Positions 1 to 13,180 of a DNA stretch of 64,000 nt are shown in pieces; within the stretch, counting starts at the first letter, position 1, and every line of letters begins with the position of its first letter. The position numbers were made by a program, and so were the translations under genes. Below the pieces are notes generated by a model. The model searched no databases and was not told the origin of the DNA. It saw only the letters and a list, made by a program, of their open reading frames with translations. Source of the stretch: the human T2T-CHM13v2.0 reference genome, Homo sapiens. The stretch is from assembly GCF_009914755.1 (NCBI RefSeq), contig NC_060932.1; one strand, 5' to 3'.

Positions 1-269
1 TGTTGCTGAGGCTGGAGCGCAATGGCACCATCTCCACTCACTGCAACCTCCACCCCGCCAGGTTCAAGTGATTGTCTTGCCTCACCCTCCTGAGTAGGTG
101 GGATTGCAGGTGCCCACCACCATAACTGGCTAATTTTTTTGTACTTTTAGTAGAGATGGAGTTTCATCATGTTGGCCAGGCTGGTTTCGAACTCCAGACC
201 TTAGGTGATAACACCTGCCTCGGCCTCCCAAAGTGCTGGGATTACAGGCATGAGTCACTGCGCCTGGCC
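1..269 (-). mobile_element. Alu (AluS-type), tail cut by window edge
   Basis: Antisense Alu with ctcactgcaacctcc, tttttgtacttttagtagagatgg linker and cctcccaaagtgctgggattacaggc; ends cgcctggcc at 269. Confidence 0.95.
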
Positions 270-271
270 AA

Positions 272-1030
272 AAATTTATTCTTTCAATGAATGTTTAACA
301 AGCTTATGTGTATATCAAATGAAATTCAAGGCATTTGTATGCAGCAGTAAACAAAAGACACAAAAGTCACAGTTCCTATGTTACTAACGTTCTAGCCAAG
401 GCAACAGACCTAAAATAAATAAATAACACAAGTCCTATGTTAAAAAAAAAAAAAAGCGCATGGTGAAAACTAAAGGAGGAAAGGAGATAAGGAATGTTTC
501 AAAAAGCGGATTAAAGGTTTGAAACCACGGAAGTCACCAGTTAATATCATGGTTATAATACAGTAAAAATCTGAGATATTAAAGGACTGAGCCGTTTGGA
601 AATTTGGGGAAAGAATATTTCAAACAGAGGGAACAGGAAAGGGAATGGCTTGGAGGCAGTCTTAAATGTGGCATGCTCCAGAAGGTCACGGTACTTAGAG
701 CATGCTATGGGAGAGAAGATGGATTGTAGATGAGACAAGAGAACAAATGTAGATCAGATCCTTTAGGATCTTGTAGTTCAGCCTGAGAAACTTGGATTTT
801 ACAATGAGTGAGATATATTACTACTGAAGTACTTGAAAGAGAGGAGTAAAACTTTTTTTTTTAGCTGAAATTTTAGCAAGACCACTCTGAACACTTTATG
901 AGAATAGATCATAGGAATTTTAGGATGTAAGCAGAGAGACCAGTTAAAAAGCTATTACAATAATCCAGATAATGCTAATGAGAATTTGGTATATGAATGT
1001 AGCAGTGAAGTTGCTAAGAAATGATTGGAC
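272..1030 (-). mobile_element. LINE-2 (L2a-like) 3' portion
   Basis: Degenerate antisense L2 3' end (gcagcagtaaacaaaagaca...ttctag) and body motif gcagagagaccagttaaaaagctattacaataatccag. Confidence 0.75.
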
Positions 1031-1039
1031 CCACGTTGG

Positions 1040-1560
1040 GTAATGAATTTTATCAGAGTGTAAGTTTTACATGAACTTCTTCAGGATGCTTATATTATTA
1101 ACTATTATGTGTACTCCTTTTGAGTAGTAATATTTTTCCTCTCAACACTTGGTATATAATCTTTCAGTTTCCACATAGTATAAGAGAAGAAGAATGCCAC
1201 CCTGGGTGATTATTTTCTATCTAGATATAATGACTTTTTTTTTAATTTCCCTGAAAGTAATCTTGTAGAATTACCTTCTTTTCAATCAAGTTGAACTTTG
1301 GGGGATAAAACTAGAGCAATAATTTGCCCAGTAAATTGAGTAATTTGGGCTCAAAACTCCAGTCTTTTCTCAACTCAAACCATATTTTATTTTCCTGCAT
1401 CTGTTGTCCTTTGATGTATTTTTGGATTCTTATATCTATCCTCTTTAAACATGTTTTCCACCATCTATTGGACGTTCTGCCTCTTTTAATTAATCCTGTG
1501 GGTTTTTTTTTCATGTTTCTCTTTTAATTTGCCTCTTCGGTTTTCTGTTGTTACCATTAT
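1040..1560 (-). mobile_element. Very old HAL1/L1M-like fragment
   Basis: T-rich degenerate text resembling antisense ORF1 region of old L1/HAL1; weak similarity only. Confidence 0.3.
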
Positions 1561-3411
1561 ATTGTTTTCTGCTTCCACTGTGTGTTTTTCTCTCACTTTA
1601 TAATGAAATATAGCTGATGTGCATAAAACAATGAAACATAAGTGTCCAGTATAATGGGTAACTAGAAGTGCAAATCTTCTGATCACATAATAGATATTTC
1701 TTGAATGAATGAATGAATGAGTAAAATATACAAGTCTCCCTGCTTTACTCTCCATTTTTCTAGGTGTTAGTTGGGGTAGAAACACATTAAAGTAGCAGTC
1801 TGCCCAAAATGATTGACTCTGAGCACCTTATATGGGTCACCCGGAAGAGGGAGTGTTTGCAGTTACTCTATCCTTGGTTTTTCTGTGGCTTTTTGCTGTG
1901 GAGAACTTATCAGGTAAAACAACACAGATATGTGCCTCCCTGAGCCTTATTCTATGATGACATTAACCAAGTAAGTAGGAGAATGACCAGGTCTGGAGAA
2001 TCCCTAGACTGTCTCAAGCACACAGGCTTAGGTTAACCATTTTACAGGTCGCTTGGGGGGATTATCCTTTTTCTGCAGTGTAGAGCTTCTTGGATTGTGT
2101 CTGTGTCTGCCTCAATCTGAGTACTATTTAATTCATTTGTATGTATTAGTGCAGACTTTGGGACATCTAATTCTATTTGGCTAACGTTTTAGTGTTCTTA
2201 TTTCTCTTATTTTTGAGGTTTTGAAAAAGAAATCCACCGATGATTCTGCTTGTTTTCCCCTTCCTGAGTTACTTCTTTCTCTCCGTAAGCTTCTGGGAGA
2301 ACTGTATGGATTCTCTTGAAATAATTAACATATCTACTTGTACTTCTACTCATTGAGTTTGATATATAGGTTATTCCAGTGAATTTCCCCCATTTCCCAA
2401 GGTCGAAATTTCTCATACAACAGAATAAATGCATGAAGAATAGCAGAGTTGTCCTAGTCAGTCTGATTAAACTCTTGTTTGAACACAGCACACTGTGTTT
2501 ATGACAACTTATACTAATTCACTTTCAGTGCTGTTGAAGAATGTAAATGTAGTGAAAATGGCATTTAAACAGCCAACATTGTTAGAATACATGACCATTC
2601 TATTTGTTGATGCTGAAGACCTCTACAGATTGCATAAAATGGAAAATAACCATAAGAATCCTAATGTGACTGATGTAAAATAACATTTAGTTCCCACAGA
2701 GAAGCCTTTCTTCAAAACCTCTGCTAAGGTTAAATATCTTTTAAAAATTCAACAAAGAGCATAGCATGGAAACTGACTCTTAGTAACACCTGTTAAAGGA
2801 AAAAAAGGAAAGAATATTTTACACCAGGGCAGTGAAAGGAAAAACTGAGAGTGTGACTAAGAAGCAATATGAAAAACCCTCTGTTGATGCCAACATGGAT
2901 TTCACACTCCTGTGTTAGCTGCCAATTCTATTTTAAATTACCGGGCCTCTGCTGTTAAAGAAATATATGAAATGTATTATGAATACTGTAGTCCTACATG
3001 TCGCTGGGTATTGACATATCCATAATATATTCTACCACTGGGTGATACTAGAACCACTGTCCTTGAGGTAAATAAACAGGTAAGGTGTTGGAAAAATTGG
3101 GCTAAAATCTGATTGTAACAAAAAGAAGATTGAGCTAGAGCTAGGGATACCTTGAGCTATTTTAAAACGTTTTATAACTATGTACAAAAATATCTTTACC
3201 TTTTCTTTGGAACAGTACTAGAAAAACAACTCTTGTCTCATCTTCTTGGCACATTCTATGGAAATTTATATTGATATAGATTATAGAGAAAAGTGTTAGC
3301 AAATAAACTGATGAAATACTATTTTTCTACAATATTTTACATATTGGGACCTATTTTCTCTCTCTCTCTTCCACTCTCTGTTTTTCTCTTTCTGTATATA
3401 TTTTATATACA

Positions 3412-3564
3412 CAGTTAACTCTTAAACAGTGGGGAGGTTAGAAAAACCAGTCCCAAGCACAGTTGAAAATCTGTTTATAACTTTTAATTCCCCAAAATTT
3501 AACTACTATAGCCTACTGTTGATTGACACCCTCAATGAAAACACGGTTAACTAACACATATTGT

Positions 3565-3605
<41 letters not shown>

Positions 3606-5217
3606 AACTGCATTATTTTAATAAAGTTAGATAAAGAAAATATTAAGAAAATTATAAGAAAGAGAAAATATATGTATTCATTAAGGAAGGTGGATTATCA
3701 CAAAGGCCTTTATTCTCATCATCTTCATGTTGAGTAGGCTGAGGATGAGGAGGGGTTGGTCTTGCTGACTCAGGGGTGGCAGAGGTGGAAGAGGTGGAGG
3801 AGGGGCTAGGGGAGACGAGAGAGGCAGGCACATGCAGTGTCACATTAGAGAAATAGTTTGTAATTTCTGACTTTTTATTTCTATAAAGATGTTTCTATAA
3901 GGTAGCAGTTCTTCTACTATTTGCTTTAGTTTCAGGGGGATCGTATCGTAAAGATAATGACATAATTATTTAAATCATCTTGAATAATCCGAACCCATCT
4001 GCTAGATTGTCTAAAGTCAGTTTCTTTTCTGACACTGCTTCTACATCTTCTCCCTTATTGTCTGGCCCTGGTTCAGAAGCACTCATCTCCATCAATTTGT
4101 CTTCCATTAACTCTTCTTGTGTGTGGTCTATTAGCTCTTGAATCTCTCCAAGATCCATATCTTGAAAGACTTCACTCGCTACCTATTTTGCGATAGCCAC
4201 AATCTTGTTTCATGGTTTTCTTGACTGGATCTGTCATAAATCCAATAAAGTATGTACAACATTTGGATATAATTTTCTGCAGGAGGAATTTATTGTTTCA
4301 ACCTTGAGGACTTGCGGGTCACTTTTTGTAACAACAATGGAATCTTCAATAGTGTAATCCTTCCGGAGTTTCATGATGTTCCCTCTATCATGGTTCTCTT
4401 CCACATCATTGACAATCTTATCCATAGGGTACTGTGTGTAATGAGACAGAGGTGCTTACGACATGCTGACCTACAGGCTGAAATAGACATGTTGTATTTG
4501 GGGAAAATAGACTACTTTGCCGCCTTTGCTGTTGAACTCATGAGGTTCTAGGTGGCCAGGGGCACTGGTCAACATCGAAATAACTTAAAAAGGCAGTCCC
4601 TTACTGGCAAGATACTTCCTAACTTGAGGGGCAAAAAAAAAAAAAAAAAAAAAAAAAATCATTGAAACCAATCCAGAAAAAGTGTTCTTATTGCCCAGGT
4701 CTTGTACAACCAAAAGACTGGCAGCTGGTGTTTAGTTTTTCTTTTCAAGGCTCAGGGTTGAGCAGCTTTATAGATAAGGGCAGTCCTGATCATAAACCTG
4801 ATTGCATTTGCAAAAAAAAAAAAAAAAATTGTATAGTAAGCCTATCACTTCCTGCCTTTAATCCTGGTGCTTGCTTCTTTTCCTCATTAATAAATGTCCT
4901 TTGTGACTTTTTTTTCAAAATATGGCACTTTGTTCTGCATTACAAATTTGTTCAGGTAGATATGCCTTCTCCTCAATGATTTTATTAATGGCATCTGAGA
5001 ACTCTGTTGCTTCTTGGTCAGCAGATATGGCTTCTCCTATTATCTTAATATTTTTTAAGCCAAACTGTTTTCTTAAATTATTAAACCATCCTTTGCTGGC
5101 ATTAACTTATTCAGCTTTAGATACTTCACCTTCCTTTAGCTCTGAGTTGTTGCAAAATGACTTTATTTTTTTTTGAGCTATATTAGATTCTATAGGTATG
5201 CTTATAGCAATCTTGCA
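3412..5217 (-). mobile_element. Tigger2 (TcMar-Tigger) DNA transposon, 5'-truncated, with decayed transposase
   Basis: Starts with TIR-like cagttaactcttaaaca and the MER28/Tigger2a-type end. Minus ORFs 3970-4158 (MDLGEIQELID...KLTLDNLADGF) and 4234-4425 (IMKLRKDYTIED...ETINSSCRKLYP) match Tigger2 transposase; homology continues to the QDCYK..IPI region near 5215. Confidence 0.9.
3565..3600. repeat. (TA)n microsatellite inside Tigger2
   Basis: tatatataaatatatata... run. Confidence 0.9.
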
Positions 5218-5467
5218 GACTCCATTGCCACTCGCGTGGGCAGATCTGGAAGTGGGATGGTCCTTCTAAATTGAGACAAAGGATTCAGTCTTTGTCACCT
5301 CATATCCACCAGTCATAAATAATGAGTTAGCTCTTTTTGGGTGAACCCATTTCTGAAGAGGAAATTCGCTCATTATCCATCAGCAGGTAATACTCTCAAC
5401 AGCTGAGGAAATGATTAGTTCACTCCTAAGCATGACATCTGGATAATGTACCATGGTTTCCACTGCT
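5218..5467 (-). mobile_element. LTR16A-like ERVL LTR, partial
   Basis: Antisense match to recalled LTR16A 5' half (tgggatggtccttc...aattgagacaaagg...cagctgaggaaatga...tccactg). Confidence 0.65.
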
Positions 5468-5980
5468 TTTCAAACCCTTGGGCCATTCATATAGTAAGTT
5501 TGCCTCCTCTGAGAACAGTTCTTCTGGGATCTGCTTGGTCTCTTTTTCTGGGGAAGCTAACAAGAAGAAGGCAAGTAAGACAAACTACAATACCCACTAC
5601 TCCAACTGGTTTCCAGGCATGGTGTCTTATTGAGGTCCCAGCATTGATTCCAGTTGCTAGAAATTTGGATATTTGCAGTTGCAGTAGCTGGACCTTAGTG
5701 ATTGAGTCTATATTTTGGGGTCCATGCCTAGTTTACACCCATATTTATCAAGCCCATGCCTGGCTTATACTACACCGTGGCCACTTCAATGAACAGCAAT
5801 CAGCCAACATTGACCATGACTGATGACAGAGGCTATCTGACATCAGTAGGCCAAGTCATTTTGCCTACTGAATTACCTAATACCTCTTTTGTGGTAGCTG
5901 CTCACTGGTGAGTGTTCCCATGTGATAAAAATATCTTCACAAGTTGTGCTTGCTCTTATGACTCTATTTACATGTCAATT
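5468..5980 (-). mobile_element. ERVL (HERV16/ERV3-16A3-like) internal fragment attached to LTR16A
   Basis: Reverse complement of about 5750-5975 is a decayed RNase H end/integrase Zn-finger start ([12 protein letters not shown], similar to ERVL VKIFVSHVNAHQ). Confidence 0.65.
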
Positions 5981-6004
5981 GGTGCAACTCATACAATTCC
6001 ATCT

Positions 6005-6072
6005 TGCCACAGAGTAGAGTTGAAAGGAATAGAGGGTATATTGGAAGGGGCATATGAAAAATATACAGCACA
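6005..6072 (-). mobile_element. Remnant of the 3' LTR33-type LTR of the minus-strand provirus
   Basis: ggaaggggcatatgaaaaatatacagcaca ends in the same cagcaca terminus as the LTR at 13781-13787. Confidence 0.55.
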
Positions 6073-6114
6073 ATTTATCTTTTTTTTTCTTGGCATCTAC
6101 TATTTTTTTTTTCG

Positions 6115-6393
6115 TTGTTCTTTTTCTTTTCTTTTTTTTTTTTTTTTGAGATGGAGTCTCGCTCTGTCACCCAGGCTGGAGTGCAGTAGCGTGACCTCGG
6201 CTCACTGCAAGCTCCACATCCCTCATTCACGCCATTCTACTGCCTCAGCCTCCTGAGTAGCTGGGAACACAGGTGCCCGCCACCACTCCTGGCTAATTTT
6301 TTTTTATTATTATTTTTAGTAGAGACGGGGTTTTACTGTGTTAGCCAGGATGATCTTGATCTCCTGACCTCGTGATCTGCCTGCCTCAGCCTC
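6115..6393 (-). mobile_element. AluY-like, 5'-truncated by about 40 nt
   Basis: gcaagctcc, ttcacgccattc and gtgttagccaggatg..ctcgtgatc diagnostics; stops at gcctcagcctc. Confidence 0.88.
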
Positions 6394-6855
6394 TTATTAG
6401 TTCTTCAGGTGAAAAAGGTGTGTCCCTAATACAAAAGACACACAAAGTTCTGGAAGCGACATGGAATGTGAAATACTAGTTATTATGAGAAGCTAAAATT
6501 CTAGCTTTCTCTTTATGTAATCTGGCAGGCATTAAAATGAAGTAAAATAAACAATTAACATAAACATAGGGGCTTTAATTTTCACTTCATTAGTTAGCTG
6601 TGAGGCCTATGTTGGTAATCACAGGTGCCTTCTTTGACTGCAACTTGTGCTCTCAAGTCTTAGCTGCACCCCATTTGAATGGCATTATTTATCTGGTAGA
6701 ATAACTCAAATTTTTATTTGAGTCTGTGGTTACCCTGTTGCGTTTCCTCACAGACCTGAATTATGCATCTGGGCAGTACTAAGGGGAGCTGCTGTGAGTC
6801 ATGAATCACCTGGGCTCCTAACATTGTTCTTTTCCCCATTGTTTTGCAGCAGGAT

Positions 6856-6995
6856 GTTTTTTCTCTTAGAAACCAGAATTTCAGGAAATTCAATGACCCA
6901 TTTTCTGCCTATGGGACAAGAAATTTTTCTCTTAGAAATCAGAATTAGTCATTTCAGGAAATTCAATGACCCCTTTTCTGCCTATGGGACCAAAA
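6856..6995. repeat. Imperfect tandem duplication, about 66-72 bp unit
   Basis: tttttctcttagaaa(c/t)cagaatt...tttcaggaaattcaatgaccc.ttttctgcctatgggac occurs twice back to back. Confidence 0.9.
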
Positions 6996-7579
6996 GAAAA
7001 AAAAAAAGGGAGTGAGTACAAGCCTGTCAGAATGCAGTCTCAGCTTTCAATTTAATAGAATCACGATGGTGTTCTCTCGTGGAAGTATTCCTCTTTTTGA
7101 GCACCAAAATCTAAACACCCGGAAAGCCCATGCTAATGGAGATGGAGAGAAAAAATCCTTCCAACACATTATGTACGTTACCACTCCTAATTCTACTCTT
7201 TGGCTCTTAAACACATACATCCCATCTCTGGAAGAGATTGCACCATACACCCAGTACTAAGTTAAAGCATATAATACATTTTTTGATTGACACTAATCCT
7301 ATAGACTATTAACTATTCTTTGAAAAATACTGTGGTAATGGAAGACGTGGTTAAGACTATAAATTTTCTGTGCTAGAACCCATTGCTATCCTTGTATTGC
7401 TATAGCATATGTCTCTTGATCAAGGAATACTTGTATGGAGTAATATGGCAATGAATGAGGCATTCTTTAATTTCATATGCTTAGTCCTAGCAGAAGAACT
7501 GTAGATAGAGATGGTAAATATGTATCCGGAATATATGTCTATTCTCATGTGGATGTGGAGAAGGGGATTTCTTCTCATT

Positions 7580-8017
7580 TTGTGAAAGATTGCATTATTT
7601 TTATCAATGTTAGTTCCTTTCCCTATAAGAGGATTTTACCTCAGTGCCCTTTGTTGATATAATTTCCTCAGCCTTCTGATAAATGGTATTTAGAGGATAC
7701 TTGGCCACCCTTACTTCTGAGTTTAGATTCGTGTGAATCGTTTTGGTTGAAAAAAATCAGTGGTTGTGTTTGAGATCATTTGTATGCACAATGGAGACTT
7801 TTAATGCTTTAATGTCACAACAGCAGGATGTCTCAAATTAGAGGTTCTCTTTCACCTTGGGTCCCAGATTAGAATAACAATGGAAGCCAAATGGAACAGA
7901 CCCAGAGTCAATCCATGTAATGTGAACAAGAAATGGTTCTCGATACAGTTGTCATTGTTTTAAGCCACTGGTATTTTGGTATCAATTTTTACTGTAACAA
8001 AATCTATCTAATAAACA
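7580..8017 (+). mobile_element. MLT1H/MLT1I-like MaLR solo LTR inserted in ERVL integrase
   Basis: Start tgtgaaagattgcatta; body ccttgggtcccagattagaa; end ttgttttaagccactggtattttgg; integrase frame resumes on both sides. Confidence 0.75.
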
Positions 8018-8706
8018 TCTCCAAGATATAAAGTACCCAAACTAGTCAACCTATTGTTAGATGGCCAGTTAGTACCTTCCAGGGAATAAAACCAAATTGG
8101 GAGGTATCTACTTTTGTCTGGTTGAGAATAATAGCAGTAACCAAATCAGCCTGGATGCGAAAGTACCTCTTGTACAATTCATACATAGCCCTCATACCTC
8201 CTGTCATGGTCACTGTATAAATAGGCTCATTGAGAAAGCACCTGGATGGCTGCCACCTTCAGCGTAATTCATATGCTCTATCTCATTTGGGAGAGCTTTA
8301 TCCATAGTGGCAGCTTGCTAGTCAGCATTTATAGGGGTCAAAATAGTTTTAAATATTTAAGCTGTTTGAGAAGCCCATATTTCCGAATTCCCTGTCACCA
8401 ATCTTCCTATTTTGTTCTTTCCATTTCCCTTATAAGTCAGTCAACCCAATAGCCACTGCCTGTGAATCAACATAGATCTATATTTCAGGCCACCTCTTCT
8501 TTTATATGAAGTGATGTACTCTAATTTCTCAAAAGTCTGTTAATTAAAGAGATGTCTCTATGTGACTATTTTTGAAGATCGTTCCCGAATGGGGCTTTAA
8601 TGTAACAACTAATCAGACAGTTGATTGCATATGGTACACATTGTTTCATAAACCAAACTGCTACATTTTTTTCTTTCATTTCTTTCTTTGTCAAATGGTC
8701 ATAAAT

Positions 8707-9188
8707 AGGGTGATGATAGATCCTGGTTTTCCCAGAATGCTTCCAATTTACACCCACTGTTCCCTCTTAATAATAGTGTTGCTTTGCATTTTTTTCCAGG
8801 GGTTTTGTTTTATTTTTTGTTTTTGCTTGTTTGTTTGTTTGTTTGTTTTGAGATGCAGTATCGCTCTGTCACCAAGGCTGGAGTGCAGTGGTGCAGTCTT
8901 GGCTCACTGAAGCCTCTGACTCCCAGGTTCAAGCAATTCTCCTGCCTCAGCCTCCCTAGTAGCTGGGGCTACAGGTGTGTGCCATCACAACTGGCTAATT
9001 TTTTTTTTTTCCATTTTTAGTAGACACTGGGTTTCACTATGTTAGCCAGGATACTCTCGATCCTCTGACCTCCTGATCTGCCCACCTTGGATTCCCAAAG
9101 TGCTGAGATTACAGGCATGTGACATTGTGCCCAGCCTCCTTTGCACTTTTAAAAGTGTCTTGATTTGAATGTTAACCATATTATACTA
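8707..9188 (+). mobile_element. MER94-like hAT-Blackjack element, split by an Alu
   Basis: agggtgatgatagatcctggttttcccagaa... and ...cacttttaaaagtgtcttgatttg match recalled MER94 halves. Confidence 0.6.
8805..9136 (-). mobile_element. Alu (AluSc-like) with (TTTG)n tail
   Basis: Full antisense Alu; TSD-like ctttgca(t/c)tttt on both flanks. Confidence 0.92.
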
Positions 9189-10412
9189 ATCATAGATATA
9201 GGTTGAGAGAGATGTCACACAACAGTGAAAATGTGCGCAACTGAGTGTTTATCTTTCTTCTTCAGTTTATCTTTGCATTCAAGTTATGCTTAAATTCAGT
9301 TTCATAAATTCCTTTTCCATTACACTGGAGCATACTACTGGATCCATTCAATTTTATGATTCAGTAGATCAGCTAACAACCTCCTGTTGAGTATGTACAG
9401 GTGGGGATATATGATTATTTGTTATCTTGTGATCAAATATTCAGTTTCTACTGGGGACCAATACCAGGTCACAGGGGATTTTCAAATAGAGAAGAATTTG
9501 TGACAGGGCCAGGCCTTATTATCAAACCTTAAGGGTCTGCGCTGTTTCTCCTATTGAGACTTGCAAAGAGTTCCATAAAACCTCTGTCTATCATAAACAC
9601 TGCCAATGCTCTTGAGTTTGCTGAATGACTCCAAATTTCAGAACATATTTTCCCTTCTTTGGGCTATTTTCTTTTTCTGGTACCATTCAAAAATGTCATA
9701 TTTATGAGTTATCCAGTAAGAGGTTAGAAGAGCCTACATAAATATGATGTATGTTGTCTCAAAATCCAAAGAGCTACCCAAAGCATTGAGTGTCTTTACA
9801 GTGGGCATTGCAAGGGATAGCAACTTGCTTTCACTTTAGAGTATATTCTGAGATACTCTCTCCACTATTGGATTCATAGAAACTTCCATGATATGACGAG
9901 CCCCTGAACTTTTGCAGAGCTTCTAACCCATTGTCTTATATCCACATATCTTATTATAGTACTTTGAAGGCTTATTAATTTCTCATAATGACATTCGATT
10001 AGAATCATGTCATCCACACAAAATATCAGCAATAAGAAATCAGTCTGATCAAGAGACCTTTGGACATTATAACATTGGTCTAAGTCAGGACAGTAAGGGT
10101 ACACTGTTATTACTACTGATTAAGGCAAAAATGTCTCAGGTTAATTTTACTAATAGAAATGGAAAAAAGAAACCTTCGGCATGCAAGAGACCATCTGCAT
10201 TGATTAGTAAAGATATCATCTCTGGCAACTCAACTGTGATTATCATCATCATCATCATATTAATTTTGTGATAATCTGTGGTCATTGTCCATGGCCTAGT
10301 TCTGGCTTTGGCACTGGCTAACAGATAATTAAATGAGAATGTGATAGGAATCACCATCTCCACATTTTAAAAATATATGTAGTTGGTACTAATCTCTGCA
10401 AATCTGTTGTAG

Positions 10413-10856
<444 letters not shown>

Positions 10857-11820
10857 TAGGAATTCTGCCAGTGAGTAAATATATCTATTCACTGTATGCT
10901 CAGACAATGGGAAAAGAACAATATGTGTCTGTCATAAATCCCCTACTGCAACTTGAGATAGGTTTCTGTCCATTAGCCGCAGAATTTTCCAATAGAATAC
11001 ATTATACATGCCTAGGCTGTCAATCTATTTTATTTCTTGTAGCTTCATGACCAGTTAATCATTGCCATAGATCTGTTTCTCTCAAAACATGATTATCACT
11101 CATCTCAGTTGTTTATTATGTTTAATCCACTCAAATGACCTTTGACAGATCAACATTGCCATCTGATCTGGGCTCTAAGTTTCTGTTGAAATGATGGAGC
11201 CTGATATTATTGCAGTATCCCTCACTGTTAGCTCTGGCTACAGAGGGCAGCCACTGCAGAAGTGTACATGCCAGTGCCTTTCTTACCAATAATTTTCTTA
11301 ACAGTTTAGTGAATAGAGTCCCCTTTGGGTCATTGCAGCCAAGGAGGTTTTTTTTTTTTTTTTTTTTTTAAATAGGTGAATAAACATTTTATACATAACA
11401 AAACTGGTCTAACATTCATGACAACCTAAGCTTTTGCACCCTAAGCCACTAAACTTTGGTATTTGATCATCAATGGCTATAGGCTGCTGTTCACCTTTAA
11501 ATTAGCTAAGATGATAAAGGAGATTAGCAAGGTAGGTTCAGGGAATTTGGGAGTTTAAAGCTTTTTTAATATTACCATTTCCAGACACTCAATAGAATAA
11601 ATTCTAAATCCCAGATTATACATAGCCATTAATACATTCATCCCAAACTATACTTATGTTTTATTCTTTCTGGTTTAATGTCTTTAGATCCTCTCATAAA
11701 ATGTCTCTCAGATCACTGCTGATAGAAATTGGTGATATGCAGCAACACATTTGGGGTACTGAGTGTCTCCTCTTGAGTCGATCCATGAAATTTCCAGTGT
11801 AATCTATGAATATCTAACTT

Positions 11821-12441
11821 TTTATGGACTACAAGGAAAAATGCTGAGGTGGAGGTATGCCGTGAGGTGAGGAAACAGCTTGTAGACTATTTTGAAATAT
11901 AGCATATTGATTGAAAGTTTGAAGTATAAAAAGGCCAACAGATCCGAAGATGTTTGCCATTGAAGGGACGCTTTATAACTCACAGTTTTCAAGAGAAGGA
12001 GCACTCCATTCTGGAGGGCCACAGGTGGAGGCGCTGGGGTTAATCGGGAGGCAGAGAGAGGTGGGGCCTATGGGTTAGAGCCTTTATTGTGGTTTTCACA
12101 GGAAGAAACAGGCATGGGACAGTAAGCAGCTTTAGGGATGGCTAGTTTGAATAATTTCAGTGGGCTTTGGGAACTAGGGTTTGTCTCTAGTTGTCTGGTA
12201 CCTAGCCCTGAGGTGATTAGGGCAGATGGATGTTAGTCCTCAAGTATGTGAGTCCAATAAATGAGATAGTTGGGTGTGGACCTTGGATTAGTTGGTTTGC
12301 ATTTGAAAAGCATGCTAGTAGTTGTGCTATTTACTATCCCTGAAAACTGGGTCACTGTGGTAGAAACAGGTCCCTCTAGGGTGAGCAAAGCCCCAGATGT
12401 CAAAGCATTGAGTGCAGAGAATAAAATACATAATTAATACA
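11821..12441 (-). mobile_element. MER74-like ERVL solo LTR inserted in ERVL gag
   Basis: Reverse complement starts tgtattaattatg...atgctttgacatctggggctttgctcaccct; antisense polyA signal tttatt near 12083. Confidence 0.7.
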
Positions 12442-12484
12442 AGAGCCAAACATCCAAGTATTTGATGGGAATGGCTGGTTCCTT

Positions 12485-12486
<2 letters not shown>

Positions 12487-12523
<37 letters not shown>
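12487..12523. repeat. (TG)n microsatellite
   Basis: Pure GT run. Confidence 0.97.
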
Positions 12524-12525
<2 letters not shown>

Positions 12526-13180
12526 GGATGATGTTGGCATGCAGTGGGGATATCTCTGCTGGCACAGTGAGTTCAGGGGAATTTTGCTGTTAAAATATTT
12601 TAACATTGACTATCTCTGCTCAAGTGTCTCCACTACAGATCTCAGGGTAGATCTTCTTTCTCATTAATGACTTTGATGTAGCATAATATTTTTTCATGTT
12701 TTTATATTTAATTGGTGCTTTAGCAGCTCTTAGCATCTATTTGCTGCAACTAGAGGAGAGGAGAACCTCTTCAAAATGTCCCTAAAGACTTTTTGATTTT
12801 TTCTGTTTGTTCGTCATTGGGCATTCCAGGACTTGAGTTTGTCCTTTTTACTGTTTATGCTTTCTAGGCTAGTCAGAAAAAGCCAACTGACTCCACAATC
12901 TTTGTAATAATCTTGGTTACCATAGTTACCAAGTGCTTTAGCCACTTGACCTTCCTCTGCACAACATTCTTCATCACATGCTGCCAGGAGAGATAATGTG
13001 GGTTATCAGGATACCACTACAAGCCATGGAATTACTAGTGGTCTATTACCCCTAGCAAAGAGGTTATTTCTTCTTAAATACATAAGCAGCTCAATTATGC
13101 AATCTTATTGTGACACAATTCTAAAATGTTGAAAGGTGAAAAACCCTTGTTTCCTAAAGCTACTTCAAAAGTCAATTACT

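Noticed and set aside
1040-1062. gtaatgaatttta shared with about 13375
   Set aside because: Only about 13 AT-rich bases; the 13.3 kb insert aligns far better to 16242-16375.
2207-2683. ORFs of 94 aa and 62 aa in unique sequence
   Set aside because: No recognisable domain, no convincing splice or promoter context, and lengths expected by chance.
3970-5217. Possible TIGD-like domesticated transposase
   Set aside because: 5'-truncated, frameshifted and interrupted by poly(A) expansions.
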